Assembly: GCA_964649085.1 (NCBI GenBank)
Contig: CAZYPN010000026.1
Location: 28,971-92,970 of the forward strand
Length of the DNA stretch: 64,000 bases
Direction of reading: 5' to 3'
Source: an uncultured Burkholderiales bacterium
GTDB lineage: Bacteria > Vulcanimicrobiota > Xenobia > Xenobiales > JADMJV01
This document shows, piece by piece, positions 17,924 to 25,752 of the stretch. How positions within the stretch are numbered: position 1 is the stretch's first letter; each line of letters opens with the position of its first letter. The notes under the pieces are model-generated. The model was not told the DNA's origin, did no database searches, and saw only the letters and a program-made list of their open reading frames with translations. The position numbers and the translations under genes were made by a program.

Positions 17924-19750
17924 ATGCAACGAACCTTAGGTTGGCTTCTCTCGCTGTGTATCACAGCCATGGCACAACCCATCCCCTACGCCAGTCAGCG
18001 TCCCGGTGGGGCTCTCAGCGACCCCCTGGAACAGCCACGCGACCTTACCGGGCGCTCGGTGAAAACCCCCCGGGTCCGCGCCATTCACGGCCGTGAATTG
18101 CCCGGGAGCAGCGGTTGGCTCATGGAGCACGACCCCTGGCTGGCCTACCAGATGGGGCGCGACCTCGGGCTACGCGAGTTCAGCCGGGCCGACGGCGCCT
18201 TTGGCGACGCCGGTCGCCTGGGGGGCAAAGTGCTCGACGATCAGGCCACGCCTATGATGAGCCGCGATCACGTCAACAGTTGCGTGGCCTGCCACAACGT
18301 CCCCTGGCGCGACATGGGGGCGGGCATCACCATCCAGAAAAACGCCGCCACCGGCCGTAACACGCCCCACGGCTTTGGCGGCGGTATCGTGGAAATGATC
18401 GGCCAGGAGATTCGCTCCCAGCTTATGGCCCAGGCCGATCGCAACGGTAATGGCTGGATCGAGCTCAGCGAGGCCAGCGGCCCGGCCCGGGTCCAGCCGG
18501 TATCGGGCGAGTTCCTCGACTACGGCTTTTTCGACGATCGCAACGGCGACGGCCGCCCCGATCTGAATCGAATCGTTTTTGTGTGCTACCTCGACGCCCA
18601 GGGGCGGCGTATCCCCTGGGCCCGCAGCCTGAACGATGCGGGAGTGGCCGGATACAACCTCGAGGTTCAGGTTTTTGGCCACGGTCAGCGCGACCGCCTC
18701 GGCCACGGGGGGCTCAGCGCCACCTTGCGGGCGGTCAGTTCCAACGCCTGGGACATGCACTCGGGGCTGCAGGCCCACGACCCCACCGCCTCGCGCGAAA
18801 GCCAGGCCGGACTGACCGGCTTCAGCCTGGCGGGCTGCTGGCAGTTCTTCACCGGTTTCACGCGCGATGCCGGCACCCGCAAAACTCCCAGCGGCATCAG
18901 CCTTGACGATCCCGATCGCGACGGAGTGGTGGAAGAAATTTCCCAGGGCGATCTCGACCTGCTCGAGTTCAGTCTGCTCAATCACCCGGCCCCGGCCGAA
19001 AAGGTCGACGCCCGATTTCAACGGGGGCAGAGCCATTTCCAGGCCATTGGCTGCACCGACTGCCATCGCAGCAGTTGGTCAGTGCGCCAGGACCGCCGCT
19101 TTTTCGAGCTAAAAACCAGCTACGTGCAGGGCCGGCTTCAAGGTCGCCTGCAGCGGCTGCACGGCGGCCCGGCCCGCTTCGAAGGTCTCTACAGCGATTT
19201 CCGTCACCACGATCTCGGCGAGGCCTTCTACGAAGTGCAATACGACGGTAGCCGCAACCGCAGCTTCCGCACCAGCCCGCTCTGGGGCGTGGGCAGCACG
19301 GCTCCTTATGGTCACGATGGGGCCAGCCTCAGCCTGGAAGAAGTCATTGTGCGCCACGGAGGCGAGGCGCTGGCCTCGCGCCAGCGCTTTGAACAGCTGG
19401 CCCCCGAGCAGCAGGACGAACTGGTGCACTTCCTGCGCGGGTTGACCCTCTACAGCAGCGAAACCCTGCCCTGTGACGTGAACGGCGACGGACACATCTC
19501 TCAGCACTTCGAAGTGGCCGGACAGGATACCGGCACCGAGTGCTTCAATCCCGAATGGCTTTTCGCCACGCCCGGGCGTATCGAAGGCATGGTCAGCGAC
19601 GGCGAGGGCGGGCGCATGCTCAGCAAGGCGCTGACCAACCTGCGCCAGGCCTACCGACTCGATTTACCGGCCCTGCGCGACCGCGACCACGATGGATTTG
19701 CCGACATCCTGGAACTACAACGATATCTGAGTGCACGGAGGAAACCATGA
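17924..19750 (+). CDS. Di-haem cytochrome c peroxidase-like protein (DUF1111 / MauG-CCP-like)
   Basis: Two CxxCH haem motifs (CVACH, CTDCH), PLWGVGSTAPYGHDG motif, signal peptide, C-terminal DVNGDGHIS calcium-binding-like loop. Confidence 0.75.
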   Translation: MQRTLGWLLSLCITAMAQPIPYASQRPGGALSDPLEQPRDLTGRSVKTPRVRAIHGRELPGSSGWLMEHDPWLAYQMGRDLGLREFSRADGAFGDAGRLGGKVLDDQATPMMSRDHVNSCVACHNVPWRDMGAGITIQKNAATGRNTPHGFGGGIVEMIGQEIRSQLMAQADRNGNGWIELSEASGPARVQPVSGEFLDYGFFDDRNGDGRPDLNRIVFVCYLDAQGRRIPWARSLNDAGVAGYNLEVQVFGHGQRDRLGHGGLSATLRAVSSNAWDMHSGLQAHDPTASRESQAGLTGFSLAGCWQFFTGFTRDAGTRKTPSGISLDDPDRDGVVEEISQGDLDLLEFSLLNHPAPAEKVDARFQRGQSHFQAIGCTDCHRSSWSVRQDRRFFELKTSYVQGRLQGRLQRLHGGPARFEGLYSDFRHHDLGEAFYEVQYDGSRNRSFRTSPLWGVGSTAPYGHDGASLSLEEVIVRHGGEALASRQRFEQLAPEQQDELVHFLRGLTLYSSETLPCDVNGDGHISQHFEVAGQDTGTECFNPEWLFATPGRIEGMVSDGEGGRMLSKALTNLRQAYRLDLPALRDRDHDGFADILELQRYLSARRKP

Positions 19751-20880
19751 AACTCACCACCGCAGCTCTGAGCCTGGCGCTCAGCGGCGCCGCCACCGCG
19801 GCCTGCTGCTACTTCGCCGCCATCAACAAAGACGTCACCCAGCCCGGGCAGCGCGCCTTTATTAGCTGGGATGAGCAACTGCAGCTGGAAACGTTCACCG
19901 TCCAGCCCCAGTTCCAGGGCAACGCCGAAGAATTCGGCATGGTCATCCCCACCCCGTCCCAGCCCAAACTGCAAGAGATGCCGCGCGACTTTTTCCGCGC
20001 TCTGGCGGTGTTCACCATTCTCGAACCGATGGACGTCAGCAAGTTCAAGCAAATGCGTCGTTCTATGCCTTCGTCCTACAGCGAAGGTGTTCGTCAGACC
20101 AAAAGCAGTCGTCCTCCCGTGCGGGTGCTTGAGCGTGGGGTTGTGGGCAACCTCGACTACAAGATTCTCGAGGCCGACAAGGCCGACGCTCTCTTTCGCT
20201 GGCTCAAAGACAACAAGTATCACTACGGCGGCGACGAGTCGACCCTCAAGTTCTACATCCAGCAGCGCTGGAACTTCACCGTCATGAAGATCGACCCGCG
20301 CCAGATGAAGAAAGGGCCCGACGGCAAGTTCCTCGGCGACATCACGCCCACCCGCTTTACATTCAAGTCTAAAAAGCCCATCTACCCCTTGCGCATCACC
20401 CAGATCAGCGTCAAAGACCAGACTGACGTCTTGCTGTACGTGATGTCGCGCAAGAAAATGGACCTGGACGGCAACTGGTCCTATCAGGCCAACTTCTTTT
20501 CCATGTGGACCCAGGCCATGAGTTGGGCCGTGCCCGAGAAGCTCACGGCCGAGGAGAAACGTTGGAAGTCCATCCTCGAGAAAAAGCCCCTCCAGGGCAG
20601 CCCCCAGGGGGCGCAACTCGAATGGGCCGGCAAGCTCACGCGTGACCGTCTCGCCGTGCTTACGGGCGATCGCGCCTACAACCGCGAGGCACCCCCTGAA
20701 GAAATAAAGAAACTCAAAGTGCTGAGCGGGCACCTCAAGCAGGATTGGTATCTCACCAAGTTTCGCAAATCGTTCCAGAAGGCCGAGATGACCCACGATA
20801 TCGGGCTGGTCGAGGCTCGCTATCAGGGCCAGGCTGACGACCTGGAATACGTCAGCATCCTCCCCACCTCGCCGCCTTAA
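19747..20880 (+). CDS. Secreted hypothetical protein, translationally coupled to the di-haem peroxidase gene
   Basis: ATGA start/stop overlap, GGAGG 5 nt upstream, signal peptide MKLTTAALSLALSGAATAA. Confidence 0.6.
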   Translation: MKLTTAALSLALSGAATAACCYFAAINKDVTQPGQRAFISWDEQLQLETFTVQPQFQGNAEEFGMVIPTPSQPKLQEMPRDFFRALAVFTILEPMDVSKFKQMRRSMPSSYSEGVRQTKSSRPPVRVLERGVVGNLDYKILEADKADALFRWLKDNKYHYGGDESTLKFYIQQRWNFTVMKIDPRQMKKGPDGKFLGDITPTRFTFKSKKPIYPLRITQISVKDQTDVLLYVMSRKKMDLDGNWSYQANFFSMWTQAMSWAVPEKLTAEEKRWKSILEKKPLQGSPQGAQLEWAGKLTRDRLAVLTGDRAYNREAPPEEIKKLKVLSGHLKQDWYLTKFRKSFQKAEMTHDIGLVEARYQGQADDLEYVSILPTSPP

Positions 20881-20968
20881 GAGCCTGGCCCGGCACCGGG
20901 CCGGTCTGGATTGAGAATTTTTTCAGCCACTCCCGCTAGGCTCTGTCCATACAGATACAGGGAGAGCA

Positions 20969-21622
20969 ATGACCATGGAACTCAAGAACCGAGCCGAAGG
21001 AATTTTCAACCGATTCATCTCTACGGGCAGCCTGGGAGAAGGTGCCCGTCGCAGCGAGAAGCTGGGCATGATGGACCGCATGAGCGCCACCGGCGGCGAC
21101 GTCTACGAAGCCGTTTTTCAACAGGACAACAACCCCGCCCTCGACCAGAACCCCGCCGTCGGTGTCATGAGCGGTGATGCGGGCAAACTCAAGCAATTCC
21201 TCGAACAGGGCTTCATGGCCGAACTCGAGCAGGGCCTCAACGAACTGATGGGACCCACCCCCGACCCCGCTACCCTTTCGGAAGAGAAGAAGGCCGAGTT
21301 GCGTAAAGAAATGGAAGAACTCGTCAAAATGGGCATCATGACCCAGGAAGACCTGGAAGCCGCCTTCAAGCCGGCCGACCAGCCCGGCGCCGCTGTCAAC
21401 GGAACCTACGACGGCACCATGACTCGCGACGAGGCCGGCAACCTCAAGGTGATCTTCGAGACCAACACCAAAGAAGAGCACGATGTCGAGTGCTTCTTTG
21501 CCGACGGCCAGGGCGGCAGCTTTTTCCTCGACGTGACCAACATGGGCGACCACCTCAGCCTGCGGGCCGTGCGTATGGGCTCCGAAGCTGAATACAAGGA
21601 AGAGATGATTCTCCGCGACTGA
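20969..21622 (+). CDS. Hypothetical acidic protein
   Basis: GGGAGAG SD; balanced, Glu/Asp-rich composition; possible start at the second ATG, 20975. Confidence 0.5.
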   Translation: MTMELKNRAEGIFNRFISTGSLGEGARRSEKLGMMDRMSATGGDVYEAVFQQDNNPALDQNPAVGVMSGDAGKLKQFLEQGFMAELEQGLNELMGPTPDPATLSEEKKAELRKEMEELVKMGIMTQEDLEAAFKPADQPGAAVNGTYDGTMTRDEAGNLKVIFETNTKEEHDVECFFADGQGGSFFLDVTNMGDHLSLRAVRMGSEAEYKEEMILRD

Positions 21623-21697
21623 AGCCCGGTTGCTTCTGCACGATGGGCCCTCGCTCCGGCGGGGGCTTTTTGCTGCTGCTACCCCCGGCTCAGTCCG

Positions 21698-23212
21698 TCA
21701 CCAGCTGGCCCCGGCCCCGCCCCCGCTCGACGAGCCTCCTCCCCAGGAAGATGAGGAACTCGACGACGAGCTCGACGAAGAACTCGACGAGCTTTCCGAT
21801 CGCTGCACGCGGGGAATGGTGTAGTAGCTCTTGTTATGGTAGGAACAATGAACGCAGTTGGAGGTCCTCACTCCGCGCCCCTCGCTCCATTCGGTGGCGC
21901 TCGACAGGGTTTCGCTGGTCGTCGACAGGGTGCGCCGCGAGCAGCGCGGGCAACTCGAGTAGCCGCTGAGCCAGGCGGAATAGCGGCTCTTTTGGGAGAA
22001 CTCGCATTCGGGACAAAGCCAGATGTCATAGTCGACCGAGCCGATCCGCTCTTCGGCTCGCTCTCCTTCATCCAGGTGCTCGTCGTCGCTCACCTCGTCA
22101 AGCAAAATCATGTCGCGTTGGCAGTTGGGGCAGCGCCTGCGTCGGTAGCGAAAGTAGCGATAGATGGCGTAGCCTACTCCGGCCAGGCCTCCCGCGCCCC
22201 CGGCTCCCATGGCCCAGCTAAAGTCTCCTGAATGCACGGGCGAGCGCATGGGGTGTGGGGGAGGGGCCGCCGCCGGCGCGCTCGGCGCCTCGGGAGCGCC
22301 GAGCAGCGCTACGGCCAGCTCCACCGATTGGGCGGGATGTCCGGCCTTCAGCGCTTCCTCGGCCTCGCGCTGGAACTTCTCCATTCGGGCCGACGAATAG
22401 CGCCCGGTCGATTCCGGGCCCAGGCGCAGGGACAGTTGGTGGCTGCGGGGATTGAGCACCAGCAGACCGTCCTTGCCCGCCACGGCCCAACTGCGCTGAA
22501 GTTCTTCGGCCACGGCCGACGGACCGGCCGGTGCCTTGTCTTTGTCTTTGAGCAGAACGGTCAGCAACTGCACGTCCTGGCTGGCGATCAGCCCCTCCAG
22601 ATCGCGTTGCAGCCGGGCCCGAGCATCCTTGGGCAGGCGCTGTCCAGGGTCGACGATCAGGCTACCCTTGGGGCGCGGGTCGGCCAGCGACTGAACCAGT
22701 GCCGAGGGCCGTTTCAGGCCAGAGTACACCACGGGTTGCAGGCGCTTGCACAAGGTTTCCGTGCAGAACACCACGCCCTGATCGGGGTGGCCGGCGCGAA
22801 AGTGCGGCACAACCTGCGACTCCAGCAGTTGCTTCAGGTCGGCGTCCGACCAGTACTGGCGCACGCCATCACCGGTGACCACTTCCATTCGCCGTTCCTG
22901 AATCACCACCAGAAAGAGCAGGCCGTTGTTGACCCCGCGCTGACCCACCCCCCAATAGTTGAACAGTCGATGGGCATAGTCTCTGGGGGCCATGCCGCTG
23001 CATTCGGGCAGGATCACCACCCCTACCTCACTGCCGTTGGCTCGTCGCAGGGCCTCGATACACCCGTGCAGTTGCTGCTGCTGAGCCGCGCTCAGCACAC
23101 CACACATATCGCTCACCCAGCGGTTTTGGGCCCTGGGGTTGGGCACTTCAGTGTAGGGCACCCCCCAGGCGGGCACGGCCCACAGCAGCAGAACACACAA
23201 AAGCAGTCGCAT
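21698..23212 (-). CDS. TPM (TLP18.3/Psb32/MOLO-1) domain protein with two TPM repeats, a TM segment, CxxC zinc ribbons and a poly-Ser/Gly tail
   Basis: Signal peptide; VSDMCGVLSAAQQQQL...GLLFLVVIQERRMEVVTGDG TPM-like domains; CPNCQ...CPECEF and CPRCS...CVHCS pairs; 17 consecutive Ser. Confidence 0.7.
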   Translation of the reverse strand: MRLLLCVLLLWAVPAWGVPYTEVPNPRAQNRWVSDMCGVLSAAQQQQLHGCIEALRRANGSEVGVVILPECSGMAPRDYAHRLFNYWGVGQRGVNNGLLFLVVIQERRMEVVTGDGVRQYWSDADLKQLLESQVVPHFRAGHPDQGVVFCTETLCKRLQPVVYSGLKRPSALVQSLADPRPKGSLIVDPGQRLPKDARARLQRDLEGLIASQDVQLLTVLLKDKDKAPAGPSAVAEELQRSWAVAGKDGLLVLNPRSHQLSLRLGPESTGRYSSARMEKFQREAEEALKAGHPAQSVELAVALLGAPEAPSAPAAAPPPHPMRSPVHSGDFSWAMGAGGAGGLAGVGYAIYRYFRYRRRRCPNCQRDMILLDEVSDDEHLDEGERAEERIGSVDYDIWLCPECEFSQKSRYSAWLSGYSSCPRCSRRTLSTTSETLSSATEWSEGRGVRTSNCVHCSYHNKSYYTIPRVQRSESSSSSSSSSSSSSSSSWGGGSSSGGGAGASW

Positions 23213-23271
23213 TCTCAGGCCTTCGGCCCAAAGCTCAAGGTTCCGTTGTAAACCCGTCTTGGGGTTTGGAC

Positions 23272-24651
23272 TCAGGCCTGGGGTTTTCGGCGCAGCAACT
23301 TGCCGCGGGTCTTGTCGCCCACGAACTTTCCGTCCTTGACTGCCAGCTGCCCGCGCACCGTCACATGGGTGGGCTTGCCATCGATTTCCATGCCCTCAAA
23401 GCCGCTGTAGTCGTTGTTGACGCTGTGCTCTTTGGCCGTGATCTTGCCGCGATAGTTGGGGTCGTAAATCACCAGATCGGCGTCGCTGCCCACCGCGATC
23501 GTTCCCTTGCGGGGGAACAGTCCGAAAATCTTGGCCGATTTGGTGCTGGCGGCATCGACAAAGCGGTGAATATCCAGGTTGCCGCGGCTCACCCCATAGG
23601 TGTACAGCAGGTTTACCCGGTCTTCGATGGCAGGAATGCCGTTGGGAATGGCCGTGAAGGCATCTTTGCCCATCTTCTTTTGCTCCACATCGAACGGGCA
23701 GTGGTCGGTGCCCACCGTGTCTACCAGCCCCTGGGCCAGGCCGTCCCAGAGGATCTTCTGGTTGCGTTTGTCGCGCAGGGGGGGCGACATGACATGCTTG
23801 GCACCCTCGACGCCGGGGCGTTCGGCGTAGGTCTTGTCGAGCATAAAGTGAGGAATGACCGATTCCACGTAGAGCGGAATGCCTCGCTGTTTGGCGGCCA
23901 CGGCGGCCTGCAGCGCCGGCCCGCAGGACAGGTGCACCACATAGCCGGTAGCCCCGGTGTTTTCCAGGAAGGTGGCAAAACGACTTGTGCCCTCGGCCTC
24001 CACCGATTCGGGCCGGCTGGGTTCATGCCACTCCGGTCCCGTCTTGCCTTCGGCCAGCAGTTTCTGCTGCAGGCGGCCCACCAGTTCGGCGTTCTCACAG
24101 TGGGCCGTCACCACCACCCCCAGTTCTTTGGCCAGCAACATCGTTTGATACATCTCGTCATCGGTCACGCCGAAGAAATTCTTGTAGGACAGGAAGATCT
24201 TGAACGAAGTGGTGCCGTCGGCCACGATCTCGCGCAACTGCTTCTCGGTGGTCTCATCGAACTTGGAGATCCCCATGTGAAAGGCATAGTCGCAGGCGCT
24301 GTTGCCCTCGGCCTTGGACTTCCACAAAGCATAACCGTCTTTCATGGCGTCTTCGGTTCGGTTGGGGCAGCACATCTCGATATAGCAGGTGGTGCCTCCG
24401 ATCAGGGCGGCCCGACTGGCTGTCTCGTGGGTGTCCTTGGCAAAGGTGCCCATGAAGGGCAGATAAATGTGCACGTGAGGATCGATAAAGCCCGGAAACA
24501 CCAGTTTTCCACTGGCGTCGATGACCTCGCAGCCGGCCGGAACTTCCAGGTTCTTGCCGATTCGCGTGATGGTCTCGTCTTCGATATAGATATCGGCCAC
24601 GGTTCTGGAATCGGCCGTTACGATTTCACCATTTTGAATAAGTAGCGCCAC
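23272..24651 (-). CDS. Dihydropyrimidinase / D-hydantoinase (cyclic amidohydrolase)
   Basis: PGFIDPHVH metal-binding motif, TDHCPF, about 460 aa; GTG start with GGAGGG 7 nt upstream. Confidence 0.85.
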   Translation of the reverse strand: MALLIQNGEIVTADSRTVADIYIEDETITRIGKNLEVPAGCEVIDASGKLVFPGFIDPHVHIYLPFMGTFAKDTHETASRAALIGGTTCYIEMCCPNRTEDAMKDGYALWKSKAEGNSACDYAFHMGISKFDETTEKQLREIVADGTTSFKIFLSYKNFFGVTDDEMYQTMLLAKELGVVVTAHCENAELVGRLQQKLLAEGKTGPEWHEPSRPESVEAEGTSRFATFLENTGATGYVVHLSCGPALQAAVAAKQRGIPLYVESVIPHFMLDKTYAERPGVEGAKHVMSPPLRDKRNQKILWDGLAQGLVDTVGTDHCPFDVEQKKMGKDAFTAIPNGIPAIEDRVNLLYTYGVSRGNLDIHRFVDAASTKSAKIFGLFPRKGTIAVGSDADLVIYDPNYRGKITAKEHSVNNDYSGFEGMEIDGKPTHVTVRGQLAVKDGKFVGDKTRGKLLRRKPQA

Positions 24652-24883
24652 GGATATACCCTCCAACAAACTTCTCTGGGCGGGCGCTTCTTCGGCGGGC
24701 CCCCGTCCACCTATCCGGGTGTCAGGCAACCCCCAGGAGGGATTCCCCGAGCCCCGGTCGAAGCGCGGCTTCGCCCCGATGGAGATTCAACTTTTCTCCT
24801 CGAGGGGACAAGAGAGAAAGCCCATAAATAAAGGCTTCAGTGACAGTTAACCCAAGAAAAAAAAATTGAGTTAACTACCAGGA

Positions 24884-24900
24884 CTTGAATAGTATTCAAG
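24884..24900. promoter_or_regulatory. Perfect 8-1-8 palindrome CTTGAATAgTATTCAAG in a low-GC divergent promoter region, next to an A9 tract and two AGTTAAC direct repeats
   Basis: Read directly; lies between divergently transcribed dihydropyrimidinase and LysM-NlpC/P60 genes. Confidence 0.4.
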
Positions 24901-24952
24901 TCGAAGGCGCCTCCGAAAGGGGCCGTCACTTTGAAGAAAGGAAGGTGAGAGC

Positions 24953-25699
24953 ATGAAGCATCGCTTCACTTCAATGGTCGCCCTCTGTGTCCTCAATCTC
25001 GGGATACAACACGCTTCGGCCGAGACACTCTACTCGGCACGCAAGGGCGACACCCTCACCAAGGTGGCTAAGAGCCACCAGATCACCGTAGAGAAACTCC
25101 TGGCCGCCAATCCTGCTCAGTCGGGTGTGGCCAATCTGGCCGAAGGCGTTATTCTGGTCATTCCCGATGCCGAGGAAAAGGCCGTTCGCGAAGAGGCCGA
25201 TCCCGCTGCTACGGCTGTTCGCATCGAGGGCAAAACCCCCGAACCACAGCAGGTAGCCGCCGAGACCGACGAGTTCGTTCTCGACCGTCAGGGCAACTAT
25301 CGCCGTCGCCCCAGCATGAGTGCCCGCCGTGGCAACTTGCTGCGCGGGGTTACCGGCTCGGCCCATCGCTTCCTGGGCACCCCCTACGTCTTTGGGGGCA
25401 CCAGCCAGGGTGGTATCGACTGCTCCGGCTTCACCATGCGGGTCTTCGCCATGAACGGCATCAAACTGCCGCGCACGGCCGACGTGCAGTATGCCGCAGG
25501 CAGCCCGGTGAAGAGCGGTCACGAAGAGCCCGGCGATCTGGTGTTCTTCGAAACCTACTGCCCCGGTCCGTCCCACGTGGGTATCTACCTGGGAGGGGGC
25601 AACTTCATTCACGCCTCGTCCTCACGCGGGGTCTGTGTCAGCAACCTCTCCGACTCCTATTACAAGAGTCGCTACCTGGGCGCCCGCCGCTTCTTCTAA
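24953..25699 (+). CDS. LysM domain + NlpC/P60 (C40) peptidoglycan endopeptidase
   Basis: Signal peptide; LysM YSARKGDTLTKVAKSHQITVEKLLAANP; C40 catalytic GIDCSGF...H...H; AAGGAAGGTGAGAG SD. Confidence 0.85.
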   Translation: MKHRFTSMVALCVLNLGIQHASAETLYSARKGDTLTKVAKSHQITVEKLLAANPAQSGVANLAEGVILVIPDAEEKAVREEADPAATAVRIEGKTPEPQQVAAETDEFVLDRQGNYRRRPSMSARRGNLLRGVTGSAHRFLGTPYVFGGTSQGGIDCSGFTMRVFAMNGIKLPRTADVQYAAGSPVKSGHEEPGDLVFFETYCPGPSHVGIYLGGGNFIHASSSRGVCVSNLSDSYYKSRYLGARRFF

Positions 25700-25721
25700 G
25701 CCAGGCAACGCCTTCATCAGG

Positions 25722-25752
25722 GAGCTCGACCCATCCGGGTCGGGCTCTTTTC
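25722..25752 (+). terminator. Putative rho-independent terminator (11-bp stem with one mismatch, 4-nt loop, TTTT)
   Basis: gagctcgaccc-atcc-gggtcgggctc followed by ttttc, immediately after the LysM-P60 stop. Confidence 0.45.

Noticed and set aside
20887-20928. Possible terminator hairpin GGCCCGG-cac-CCGGGCC after gene 19747..20880
   Set aside because: The T-run starts about 20 nt after the stem rather than abutting it, so it is weak as an intrinsic terminator.
21836-23251. Plus-strand ORFs 21836..22231 and 22232..23251 antisense to the TPM-domain gene
   Set aside because: Arg/Ala/Gly-rich, no domain signatures. The sense gene has a signal peptide, TPM domains and zinc ribbons.
23266-24645. 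459-aa plus-strand ORF antisense to the dihydropyrimidinase gene
   Set aside because: Ala/Gly/Val/His-rich junk composition. The minus strand has unmistakable hydantoinase motifs and a GGAGGG RBS.
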